From: Balanoglossus misakiensis
Taxonomy: Eukaryota; Animalia; Hemichordata
NCBI GenBank assembly: GCA_040954595.2
Contig: CM082591.2
Span: 124,001 to 188,000, forward strand
DNA: 64,000 nt
Direction of reading: 5' to 3'
In this document: piece by piece, positions 26,116 to 38,998 of the stretch
How positions within the stretch are numbered: position 1 is the first letter of the stretch
Layout of the letters: every line of letters starts with the position of its first letter
Program-made: the position numbers and the translations under genes
The notes under the pieces: generated by a model
Database searches by the model: none
Seen by the model: the letters and a program-made list of their open reading frames with translations, nothing else
Told to the model about the DNA's origin: nothing

Positions 26116-26153
26116 GAGTGAGTCCAGTGACTCACGAAACTGCGTCATAGAGA
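26107..26153 (+). ncRNA. Minimal type I hammerhead ribozyme motif (Penelope-like element type) with imperfect stem I
   Basis: CUGAUGA 26111-26117; stem II GUGAGUC-cagu-GACUCAC 26118-26135; GAAA 26136-26139; short stem III AC-ugc-GU; GUC cleavage triplet 26144-26146. Confidence 0.65.
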
Positions 26154-26677
26154 TTATGATGCCTTTCTTTTCTCCTACTACCCTACACTCTATACATACA
26201 TACATATGGCAAGTGGAACTCACAGGAGACAAACAAACATACACATTACAAAAATTCTGAGGGGCGTTGCTACAGATTTAACATTTTATTTCAAACTATT
26301 TAAATAAAAATACTCTTGAAAGCACTACATTTTAACCCATTTTAAAATACATTGTAAATATACATCAACTGTTAAGAACCGCGAAAGGTTTCGATTCTAA
26401 TGAGATTTCATACAGATCTATGTATTTAACCATTCATAATGAATTTGGTCAATCGTATGTAAATCAGTTATAATCATAAGTCTCAGATATAAGAAAAGCG
26501 GATTATATTTTACCTCATTGTCCGCAAGAAATTAATTTAATGATTCAAATGTAACAGATAAAAAAAGAATTGTGTAAGTTAAAATAATTTTGATCTGTTA
26601 AGAGATAACGTGCATACAAAGACTAGGGAATTGAAAGAATATAATGTTGACCCTGACAGGAGATCAATGTTATGTCT

Positions 26678-27090
26678 TTATGAAGAGAAAAGGTCGTTGA
26701 ACGTTTCAGAGAAGTCTTCGTTTGCCTTCAAGAGATCCATGTAATCGTCTATTGAACGACAGTTTGGTTCTGTGTGTGAATGGAAAAATATGTAAGTCAT
26801 TAAGTAATATTCGTAGAGTTGCTGATTTCAGACGTGTATACTTTGCCATGGGTTGCAATTGATAAAGGGTTGGTACAAATTAACCATGAGTAGAACATGG
26901 CGATATATATCGTCTCACCTCCTAATTGACAGATTGCCAAAACTGTTTTGATGCCAAGGTTAGACGATTCTGCCTTGAGTGTATCACTTCGCCTTCCAAT
27001 TCCAAATGCTGGACCAGGTCCTCTCGCAGCATCTGACACATAAACACAGACAACGGCAACCAGCAATGAGAGGACAATTCCACACTTCAT
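26678..27090 (-). CDS. Single-peptide neuropeptide precursor NP2 (87 aa; exons 27090-26919 and 26769-26678), predicted peptide ARGPGPAFGI-amide
   Basis: MKCGIVLSLLVAVVCVYVSDA|ARGPGPAFGI-GRR-SDTLKAESSNLGIKTVLAICQLG/EPNCRSIDDYMDLLKANEDFSETFNDLFSS*. Phase-1 intron G|gtgaga...cacacag|AA, acceptor ccttgcag just before the ATG, AATAAA on the - strand near 26285. Confidence 0.88.
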
Positions 27091-28717
27091 CTTTGTGTAA
27101 AAGTCTGCAAGGAAAATTAAATGTAAATCATCAAAAGATAGACCAACCATGGAAGTGAGCATGGCCAAACCACAGTCCCTCTATTACAGAGACCCCTTTC
27201 CCTTGGCAAAGACATTGTTGAAAATAAGGTAACACAAGCCTCTCCACTGGAAATTGTGACCCCTTTGCAAGATGACCCCCTCCCCTGCCCCCTGAACCTT
27301 GCCGGGTTCCAGCTGCAATGACTGGACACTCCCTAAAGCTTTTCATACACATCTACTTTACAAAACAACTGACAGCCTAAAATGTTGTGTTCAATGTTCC
27401 CATCACTATGATCAATTATTTGCAACAAGAGTAATTAGAAGACTCTCTAAGCGACAAAGAAGAATTGATTTTTAAGTCCTTTCTCGGGTCTTTCTCATGG
27501 CTAAGCGTGATTTTGCAATTTCATGCTAATTTCACACCCCATTGACTTACGATATTTGATTATGTCGTGAATGGAAATCAGATGAGAGACATATTTTGTC
27601 TCAAAGTTCTGAGAACGATGACAAAATCTTGTCGCATATGGTCAATTCTTGGAAGCAGCTTCTTTCAAATTTACTTGCAAAGCAAGTGTTAAACATAGAT
27701 AAAAACCTTTTGACCAGTGAAGATAGAAAATCATTTGAGAGAGGGAATAAAAACAGATGGGTACAACCCTGATTTCAACATGGAGTCACTTTATGTATTT
27801 GTTATTAAAGGGAATCTCTGGATGAAAATGTGCCCTCACTTATGTTAGCGTGTTTTTTAACTTGCTGATTCTCGCAGATGTACCGGTACAATATACTTTC
27901 AGAGAATGAAGATCAATGTGATAAGTGAGACAGAGCATATGAAGCCAGTTTGGCAGATTTCATTTAAATTCTGACGTAGATGTCAGGCGAAGTAGTCAGA
28001 CATATGTGTTCCTTAATCAGATAACATTTTATTTGCTTGTCAAGTTGAATGACGGCATTTAATAAGCTACTCTACTGATCGTGACACTTTGCCAACCATT
28101 TTAAATACAACGGTGATTTTACAATGCGTGAACACAACTGCATATATCCCCTCCACAATGGCAAGAGGTTGGCAAGGCAACAGCAGATTCTACTTAAATG
28201 TATGTGAATAAACTCAGCTACTTGGGGCCATGTGACTGCGCCACCACATGGTCATGAGAACAAAATAATTTGGTGTATGCTAATTGGAGGCAACCTTAAT
28301 CCCTTGAAAATCCCAATCAAAAATGCAATGCGATTTCTTCCTTCTTTGTCACAAACAATATTTCACGTGACCCCAATACAGATAAAATGTAAGCAAACTA
28401 CATTGCCAACCAGAACAAGATTTTCTATTTGAATACAGAAATGATTGACTGAGTGGTAAGCTATGTAACATTGTGAATTACAGGTTTTTTCTGTCTATCC
28501 AACATTTTCAATTTGTCTTCTCCAAACATCCTCCAGGGCAACTTGTATTCATAGTGATTCTTTATAGAAATATCAATAAGTTATTTGTTTTCATCCAAAA
28601 ATAAAGATTTTGTCTTAATGAAAGTCATTGTGAGCAACAATAGGTTCGATTTGGCGGGAAAGATTGCTTTAGACCTGGGCGTATCAGGGAAATTCAATTA
28701 CTATAGTTTGTGGAATG

Positions 28718-28725
28718 TGACGTCA
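28718..28725. promoter_or_regulatory. Full CRE site in the putative NP2 intron 1
   Basis: TGACGTCA palindrome; function untested. Confidence 0.3.
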
Positions 28726-31700
28726 CTACTAATCATTTTTGACTTGTGCAGTATGGCTGTCGCCAGGTTGATTTTCCTTTACTTGTTCTGTTAACCAGCG
28801 TCAACTGTAAAAAAGTTGAAATGGCTTATTTTAGAGCTGAGGCTAAAAGAATTGATTGACAACTTAGAAATTATTGAGGCAAAACTCACCGGAAAAGAAT
28901 TTATAAACAATATTACTTGCCATCTTTCTCTCCATGATGTAATGAAAATTAAAAAGTAATTGATGTCAAATATTAATTTTGTCAGAATTTTGCGAAGCAT
29001 TTTTAAATGGTCCCCAGGTCCATATATAAATTGCATTATCGAACAGTTTCTATTGATGGAAAAAAATCGATGAAGGATGCAAAATTTCAGAGTGATTTAT
29101 CAAATATATAGTAACATAGTTTGTTTTTATTCATTTTATTGATTTTAACAATCAGGAACAATTTGCAAGAGTTCATAAACCAGGTTAGCTCATTTATTTG
29201 ATTAAAGATAAAAGGAGTTCATGGAAGATTTCTTGCAAAACAAGGCGGGATTTTATGTGACGCATACCATGTCACACTGTTGTTTGGAGCGAAAACTATT
29301 GTGGTTTGATCATTATTGCAAACCAAAAATCAAAGATTTATCGGAAATACAAGTCAACGTGGTAACATCGAATGAGAATGTCTCTCGGTAGCCCTGCAAT
29401 TATAACCCTGATAATAATAAACAGTATCTTAGAGTGTCTTCAAATCAAAGCCTCTCTCTCTGTAGGAGATCCAACTTCTTCTCATTCTTGACTAAACCAC
29501 TTGGCCATGAGGATGATGATATAAAAACTCATACTTTTTTATAGCACTGGTCTATTATGCTATCCGCACGACGGGTGTTATATAATTTTTTTCCCATTAC
29601 CCCCAAAAGACAATTTGTCTATCTTTGTCTTCACAAATGTCATCTTTGATAAGATTTATACTCCATTTTATGCAGCGGGGGCACTAACAGAGAAGCTGTA
29701 TCATATTTTGCTGAATATTTAAAAAGGTTAAGACGTCCACTTGTCTGGCTGTGCTGCATCTATTTTGATTTTATTACGCATCACCAAAACATCATGGGCC
29801 TCATTTTAAGATTTGTTCTCAGCAGTCAAACAATTTACAGAAAATCATCATCAAAATCACGACAGGGTGACGAATTTTCAAACCAATTTACGATGAGACT
29901 TTTCATCAAGTTTAGTTACAGCAGGGAGATAAAATAACAATCTTCCCTTCAACATAGAGCGTGTACTTTGACATGGCAATTAACAAGTAATATGTTCACG
30001 ATGAAAATTGCAAAGTCACATTGTAACATTAAATTTGCCAAGTTTCGTTCATAAGTTGGACCTTGCTGCTAGAGTGAGTAAGAGGCGAGGTCTAGTGCCC
30101 ACTATCACCAAAGCTCACAAATCATCGACCATCCAACAAAGCTGCTAACCATCGTGATTGAATTTTGAAGAAAAATATCCATTTTTCTGACTTAACATCA
30201 GTACTGATCTTCAAACCCGACCTTTTAAACACAGAGGGAATATATTATCTGTTCTGCGTCCAAGCTCACAGCAAAGTGCCGTTTCTATAATTTCATCTAC
30301 AGTGCATATTCAGAGAAACTGTGAATAAGTGAAATCTTAACCAAGGAAGAGAAAACCACAGAAAGAGATATAAATTAACATCTTACGCATTCCAACATGT
30401 AGATATTAAGATGCATAACAATAATGTATCAACAAATCACTGTTTTGCAACAAATCATTGCTTTGCGGCACGTTGATGTAAAAACCTAAATATTCATGAT
30501 AAACCAAGATCACAGCATGGTGTACACGTAGGCAGACAATGCCTCGTAAACTGCTTCCATTTCCACAGTGTTATTAGGTTGTTTTTATTTATTACCTCCA
30601 AATATCATCCCGTAATATAAATCTTGCTTCATAAGCTGCCACTCTAACTCAATAAACTGCCTGCCTCCGATCTCCATGTAACCAATATAAATTCAATACG
30701 ACCATTATTTGCTTTACGCCGCCGCTAGCAATGGGCCATGCTCTTTGAGTCACTGTGCAGGCAATTTTATGGAATTTCAGAATTTCTGATCAGCCGGTAA
30801 CGTAATTACTGCTTCATTTTCAGTGCCTAGTCCAACACAGCCGCAAATACCTGGTTGGACTATCTTCGATTGTTGATTGCTTTCGACTCAGTTTATTTGA
30901 TTTGGCATTTCACAGAATAAATTGAATATTACAGTCTTGGTTTGGTTGGAGTTGTATCTTTCAGATATTCACTGTCATTCCATTTCAAATGTGACTCTGC
31001 CTTGAATGTGCAGTACCTTCCTCTGTACCTGGGGACTAAATTTCTGTGGACACTCGAAAATAGTGAGCACAATCAGTAAAAAATTAACAAAACAGAGGTG
31101 TATGCGATAAACTTCGGCTATTCTTCCTAGAGTTCAGCTTTTCGAATGATAAATGTAATTTTGAAAACTTTATCGCAAGAAAAAATGACAATAAGCCATA
31201 TCAAAAGTAAATAGGTTTTAGGTTTCATTCACTATGTATAAAAGAGGCATTTTTAATTTGCCTTCGCTGGCGATTAGCCTGTTGACGCCGCCAGTACTCA
31301 AGATTCTCTTTTAAAATAATAAAGCTTATCTTCTCTCAAAGAAGAGCATTCAATTTTAAAAGGGTGGCATGTAGCTGTGATAAATTACATGAATATATTA
31401 AGTCTGGAAAATTTATCAAATTTTACTCTCTGTGCAGTCGTTGATGAGTACCGCTAAGAGGGACATGATTTGTTGCCCTGGTGATAATCCTCTTTGACTC
31501 TACCTCTGTTGTCTAATTTATCTTTGGTGAACACACTTAATATCTACGGGGGTCACTGATTTATTGACGCGGCAAAGAATGACCGTTCCTGTTATTCTTG
31601 TTATCTTGTCTAAGCCATTAAACACACCGATGAGACATACCGGTACACACAAGGCAATGCGAATGTTTGTCGTGTTAAGCTTCGAGTATATGGTGCATGG

Positions 31701-32682
31701 GGTACACTTCATTACATATAATTCTTCTTGCTGCTGAAAATGTTTCCACCTTTTTATCGAGATGGTAAAATTTGGCAAAGTGCTTTTTCTATACACATTC
31801 ATAAGTGTCTGAATGTGCTTTGTGTTTGTGTGTGTGCGCGCGTGCGTGCGTGGAGTGTTTTGACAGTCACAGATATTCAAAATGAAATATTTCCTTAGGT
31901 TTGCATTTTGAAAAACAAGAAACAGTTTGAGCAAAACTATCCAAAGTTCAATATATCTATCAGCATACGCATACACACAGGAAAGATCTGAACATTTTAA
32001 AGTTTTTTTGGACCATAGAGGAAAGAGATTCTACATGGTATAAGCATGTTCGTGTGTAATGGATTCGGCCCATTTCATGTTTGATTATTTGGTAATAGCA
32101 TCTGGAATAACTTCTGTCATGAAAATAAACCTAGAGACATGTAAAGATCTTCTGACATTATCGAGGTTAATGTTGTTCCATGAGAAAATTGTTTGATGAA
32201 GCATATCATATTGCCGCGGCTTGGCATCAACGCACTGCTCCTACACTGCTTGAAGATATGCTACAGAATTGGCACGCTTTTTGATCATAACTATGTTAAG
32301 GTATTGATACAATATAGAAGGGCATAGAAGAAATTAACATTCCGGCTAATTCCTTGGGGATCAACACGAAACTTTCTCAGGTTGACATACCGGTATGGTT
32401 GGACAACTAAGTATTTCTAAAGTCTGGCACCAGTCACTAAAAGCAGTTTATTAATTGATCACTTTTCAGTCAACTAAACAATATGAATTATTGTTCAAGT
32501 ACCGGTATGTGTGCTTCAACTGCTTGTCCACTACTGAAATTTATATGGCTGAAATATGCTCGGAAACGGCAGAGTTAATATTCTTGAAACTATTCCAGTT
32601 CCACTCATTCATGTTCTAGTGTTAACCCCCAAAAAACATTCTTACAGCCTAAGATTAATGATCAAAAGAGTAACTGGCTTAC

Positions 32683-32940
32683 CGAGGTTTGACTGCTTGG
32701 AGGGATAATGTGAAGTTCAGCTGAGTTAACTTGTTCACTGCACACCTTTGATTTGAATAACTTGCTTCCTCTCAGTTCCTTTCAGTTGGCAAAGTCGGCA
32801 GTACTTCATCTGCCAACTTGTGTCCTTTTTATACATTGGGAACGATAATGTTATCCAGGTATTGATTATTTAAGTCAATTGAAAATTCAAACTATCTAAA
32901 GCGGAGCCTTGATGAGGATTGGTTGAGTTGGATGACGTCT
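32683..32940 (-). promoter_or_regulatory. Candidate promoter and non-coding exon 1 of NP2
   Basis: TATAAAAA on the - strand at 32833-32826, CCAAT near 32920, CRE-like TGACGTC at 32933, donor CTCG|gtaagc at 32683; linkage to NP2 is inferred. Confidence 0.5.
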
Positions 32941-35900
32941 TATCGGTAACCATAGAAATCAAGCAACACATTTTAAAATACACATCACCGATTGGACGAT
33001 GGGTCTGAACGCATTTGGTTGTTATGGAGACAGTGGCAGTGCCCGTACCCTACATCGGAGCACCGAAACATTTTTGGGCGTGGAACATAACTATAAATTA
33101 GCTTCGAGTTCTTTTTATTCGATTCACCGGTACGGTTAATAATTATTTTTGGCTTTGGTCTTTTGTACGTCATTGCTACAAAGTGACGAAACAACTGTTC
33201 CTCTGCCTAATTATCGCCTATTTTAACGTTTGAGTTGTCTCGACATAAACTGGCGTTCAAAGCCTGTTTCCATATTTGTTGATGAAACTATTGGCAAGAA
33301 ATGATAACAGCAGGATATCCTAGGTAGTTTTACTTGGCCACATGAACTTAACGCGATAGGGAACACTAATTAAGGGAATGCACTGTTTCATAAATGACTC
33401 TTGACCATTTTCTGTCTTTCTGAGAATTTCTGACCAAGCATGCGTGTGTGGCAAGTGTGATTTACAGCATCGTAAAATATTGAACACATTTTGGAGATGA
33501 AAGACGTGCTCACTTAAACGTCAACCTCCACAGAACATATTAGTTAAGATTGAACCGGTAAAAACCTGTGCATTACTGAAACAAGGTCCATGAAACATTG
33601 AAAATAGTCTCACTTGCTGAAATGATTTTGGAACGTATTGCCATCTATATGTGTTGGAATTCTAAATCTTGAAAATCCGTTTCAAGGTGTGATGAGAAGA
33701 ACTTGCGTCTTATCAGTACTCAATGCCTTACCAGAATAACGTTGGAGTAAATTGTTCAGAGACGTACACTTTCTTGAACCACAGTTACATGTATGTGACC
33801 TAAAACAACTTATAATGGAAGAGAAAAGACAGCTATGAGCCACTGATGTTATTTTGTTGAAGGATGTACCGTATATCCTACAGCTATTGCAATCATCAGA
33901 TCAGAGCGACAACAGATCAAGCCTTTTTACTCAATGTGATGAGCTTTCATCACATCTGTCTGTCGACAACCTGAATGCCATATGCCCAGAGCAACGGAAG
34001 AATCAATTTGCCGCCGACATCAAATCTCAAACCATTTAATGTCTGAAATAGTGATACAACTACCCTTACTGCTGTCGTTTTTCGCACATTTTCAAGCAAA
34101 TGGTCAGATTCAACATCAGTACGGAACAAGTAGCATTCTGAAATGTTTTTGAGATTTCAGTTCAAGGGATTTATTGTTTACAGCTGCCACGCACATTTCA
34201 CCGACGCGCTTACTCATTTGAATTAGTGATAACCAAAATTCAAAGTTTATACATATCACCAAGTGGGAGAAACATGTTTTATTTTCAGTTTTATCACTTC
34301 GGGGGGAGGGGGTAAACTATTAAGGAGTGGAAATGCGTCTTTAATGCAAGGAATGGCGATAACCCGCCTGGTAAAATATTGATAACTAATTCAATATCCC
34401 ATGATGCATGAGGACAGTGTGGGTCATCATGACGTCTAGTCTCAATGATACCATCATACCACAGTCTATTTTTAACACAGGGGAGTTGTACATTATTCTC
34501 CAAAGGATGTTTTTCACAATAATCGCCTTCAATTTAGTACGAGGGAATTTTTCAATTGTGGTAATTTTTTGCTCTATTACAGACATGTAAATGTTGCCGA
34601 TGTACATCTGTTATAAACACAGTAATGAAATTTCAAGCACAACATCGAACTTTGGAATGACGTGTGATCGATGCGCATATGATGCTTAATAGTGTTAAAA
34701 CAATCTCCTTGTTTGAACCTGACAATTCAGGGAAATCCGCCATCTTGAAATTGTGTCGACAAAATGAGATTTTAACACTCCCCTAGGTAGCAAAAACCTA
34801 TTTAAGGTAGCGAGAATTCAGCATGGAATGGTTGTGGTTTGAAGCATAACCTGGAGTGAATAGCAAAGAGGCAAGAGTGTGATATGATCGTTATCTGCAA
34901 TATTCATACTAACGAATGAAAACTATTCATGCAGTGAAATACACACAGGACATTATTTTCTTATCCTTAAATTAGACAATGATATGTATATGTAAATTCA
35001 ACAGTTCATCGCTTTTCATTTCATTTAATCTCACATTCTTGTGAACTTTCTTTCATGTATTTTTTTCATCCAAGACCTATATACTTAATGTTAATATTTT
35101 ATTACATTGGCGTCTGTATTCTTCTGTTTCTATGCAAGCTTTTTCTGACAAGTACAGATAACCTAGAATTATCCTGGCTTGGGAGGATAAATGGAGTTTT
35201 TAATCTGTGTCTATAGTTCTCTAATGGATTGTCAGTCACCGTGGTGATGAGAAGGGACTTGGCCAGTTCTGCATTCGACATATGCGGTTTATGATGTATG
35301 AAGGAAATATCAATTAAGATTAGTGGGTTAATATTGAGAATATTAATCAAAGTACAGCTTCTGAATAATATTTAGAGGTACAGTGAACGCAGTAAACCAA
35401 ACACCCCTCATTTCTCAAAGTCTTTAAAGTAGAACTCTGATATAATTGGACATGTAAACCAAACCCGAACCCTAACAGCGACTTGAAACAAAGCTGTGAG
35501 AAATGCCATGTGCAATAAACTCATCCTTGGAATTTCAGTGTCATCGACAGTTGTCACTGCGAACAATCAATTAGGCGGTGTAGAAACAAGGTTTCATCAA
35601 TTTATCTTGAAAACAAATCGACATTGCATTGTCCACTTTCACAGCAGGAAGGCTTTTATAAATGGCTTCTTCCTGTGCATCGCCCAGAGCTTGGTCACTA
35701 TACGTAGCCATTGCTCAACACTAAAGTAATCTTAAAAAGTCTAGACTACAATCAGTTGCAAACTTTAATTTGGACCAGAGTTACTTAATGAAATTCTTTT
35801 GACTACTTGAAACAAAATGTACACCGTACCTTCATCTGCTTTGTGTTATCAACATTTCTTGGCATAATATAATCTTACCAGAAATGCAAATAACGAATAC

Positions 35901-36435
35901 TTAAAACTGTGTTAATGGTGACATTTAAATTAAAAGTCCCGCTTGCAATTGGTACCTTATATTTATAGACAAGTTTGACATGTGCTTGAATGAGTATTAC
36001 TAATATAAACTCACAGCATCTACTCGTTTGTAATTGTGAAGTCTGAGTATTAAAACCTGTTGGCTCTGTATAGACTGCATGATTGTACATCACACGGCAA
36101 GCAATATTGCATATCAAACTTTCTTCAGTATTTAACCATACTGTCACAACGACCGACATATTTCGATGGCGGGATAACACCGAAAAAGGCAATTTCAAAG
36201 AAGTGTTTTACAGACATTGAATGGGACACAACGTTGTTGTGGGGTGACCTGAATGCATTGATATCAGAGGACAATGTGATCATATAAGATGTTGGCACTT
36301 CTGTTCAGTAATCTAATATTTGTCTGGACATCAACTTGTAACTCATTTCCATGTGATTAGAATGGTGACTTGCCTGTGACTTGGCTATAAAAAGGCTGAT
36401 TAGTGAACGAAGAAGTCAAGTAAGTAGCGAGTCCA

Positions 36436-36458
36436 TGAGTGTGAGAGAGAGAGAGTGA

Positions 36459-36505
<47 letters not shown>
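36436..36505. repeat. Compound (GT)n(GA)n microsatellite
   Basis: Seen directly. Confidence 0.9.
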
Positions 36506-36509
<4 letters not shown>

Positions 36510-38998
36510 ATATTGAATACAGTTCCAATGGTTTCAGTTTCAAGTTTGAAAGCCATAGCAAATAGTTCAACCAACCTCCATCTTAAATTTGACCAAAACA
36601 TTCAACAATTCAATGACCAGTACTTGTACCCCAAGCAATCGAAACTAAACTCTGTGAAATATATATTTGTTTTACGTTCTAGATGGTGTTCATTCAATGC
36701 TATAAGCAGGTCATAATTACCAGTCAAAGTTCATCAACTATTTTTCTTGGTAAATCAAATACCTGCTACACTCAACTTAATTCAATTGAAAATCCATTTT
36801 CCTGTTGGAGTGGACAGTCCCCTATTTCAAAATTCACTTAAGAAAGCATCATTAGGTTGCCTTTCTGGCAAAGTGACAATTTTCTTTTCAGACGCTACGC
36901 ATATGCTCAGGGGTGTACGAAGGCATTTTGAATGTGTTCTTGTAGTCAAATTTGTTTCCTGTCAGACCGAAAACATAAGAAGTTAGATATAATTCCCACG
37001 TCACATATTGCAGCTAATTTCCATTGCGTTCAATTCTAGCATTTCATCTATTAGAAGCTTCGAGGTAAAAAGTTTATTATATTCGTATAAGCATACGACG
37101 TGGTAAAACCCTCAATAATATCTCTCAGTATTTAACAGAATCTGCAATCGTGCGTGGAAATAAATTCGCAAAAAATTGGCATTCAGATATTGCCTTTAGA
37201 ATTCGCATATTATTCCAATGCGAATTAAGCTTATCAAATGTATGTACATGTTAAACTTCCAATTTTCACCGTTTCGTCTTATGCACATGGCTAGGTCATG
37301 ATCATCCGGAGAGGGCATTACCTTTAATTCTGAATATTAATTGTACATAATGTACCGGTACAATATGAGAATTTACAGAGTGTCATATGCTGAAACTGAA
37401 GAATTAACATCTACAATATCTCACAGCATCACCATTTTTTTTATTGTCGGTCACTGAAACATTGATAGTAAATGTTTGACGCGGGATATCAGAATGGCGC
37501 CAAACAGGGATGACGTTTGCTACTTGGTCGAATACGTTTAGACTTGCATGGCTTGAATTTTCCTGTTTCGTCATGACGATAAATTTTACCTTTAAAGACT
37601 GTACTTCTACAAGTAAACAAATACATTTGGTCGACATCGTAGGCCTTGAAAGACACATATATCTTGTGAAACGACTTGCGCAGCGTGCATGATTAGAAGC
37701 CATCCATTTCTTCGGTCTCTTTAGAAGACAGACTTAATACAGTTTTTCTACAATATTTTCATGAAGTATTCATCAAAATTTAGTTCATATTAATTCAGTT
37801 TATTCTCACAAAAAACTTCAAGAGTTTTTGTACACCAGAATTGTGGATTTCAGACAAATGCGCGACATTTTGCGTGAGAAAATTACTCCCACGTCTTGCC
37901 AGTGTCTCACATCAATCTACAGTCTAGTAGAGAAGTCACAGATAGAAATAGATTTTGTTGGAAAACATTTTCTATCCATATATATCTCTAGATTATTGCA
38001 CTAATGAGTTTTTCAGGATATTTTATACACTAATGTAATGCAACATTAATGACTCGTACAGTATTTAATCAGTGTATATAAGGACTGCCAACTTGGTTGG
38101 CGGAGGCGTAAAGCCATAGAATACAGTCAGACGAAAAGCAGTTTCAATGTTTTAAAGGTTAAAACGACATGGATTTGAAACAGTGTGGTGTCCTCCACAA
38201 ACCCCCACTTAAATGCCGCCATTACATTCACCCTGCTGCAAATCAAATATCGAATATTGCATTTTTAAGAAGTTAAAACAATTTTATGTCATGTTATTCC
38301 AATATTGGTCAGATACATTATTAATATCGTCTTTATAACCACAAATATCAAAGACATCCTGCCTTTTAAATGGCGGAAATGGACGCAAGCGATCAGCCTA
38401 ATAAACATTAATATCATAGCATATTAATGTAAGTATCGGTAATTAATAATCATGTGCAAACGCTTAGGGCATCGTCGGTGTGTATACACAAAGTTATGGC
38501 CAGTGCATGTTGTATAAGATGATGCGATGAACCTTGATCTGAAAAACCTCCCTTCTTAAAAGCTTGAAGGTAGAAATTGCTACACGATATATTTCTTCAT
38601 CTGTATTCCCAGTAATGCTTCTTTTCAAATACAGGCTTATTCTCAACTGATTGTAAACATTCCCGAGTTTTCGCAACTCTTCTTTTTGGATAAGATGGCA
38701 ATCGAAATTGTGCTTGGAGGTCGAATAGGACTCATACTGTACTCAATGGTGGCGTCAGTATACCACACACTATGGCAAATTACACTTAGTTACAACATTG
38801 TCAACAATATAAAATATTTTGAACGTATTCTATCACAAAAATATTTATTCACTTGCTCTTTGCAGATCTCCACATCTACCGGTATGTAAATTTAATGTTG
38901 CTTTATTATAAATGGGCAACAACTTTAAAGTTATTTACAGCGTTCATCTTGTTTCTACCCACTGTTTTATAAACAATATGATCAACTTTATCTCTATT

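Noticed and set aside
26800-26918. C-terminal part of ORF 26800-27168 (GETIYIAMF...)
   Set aside because: Read-through of a consensus G|gtgaga donor; the spliced product is more coherent
36386-36425. TATAAAA followed by a gtaagt donor on the + strand
   Set aside because: The implied first exon is only a few nt long and no downstream exon was found
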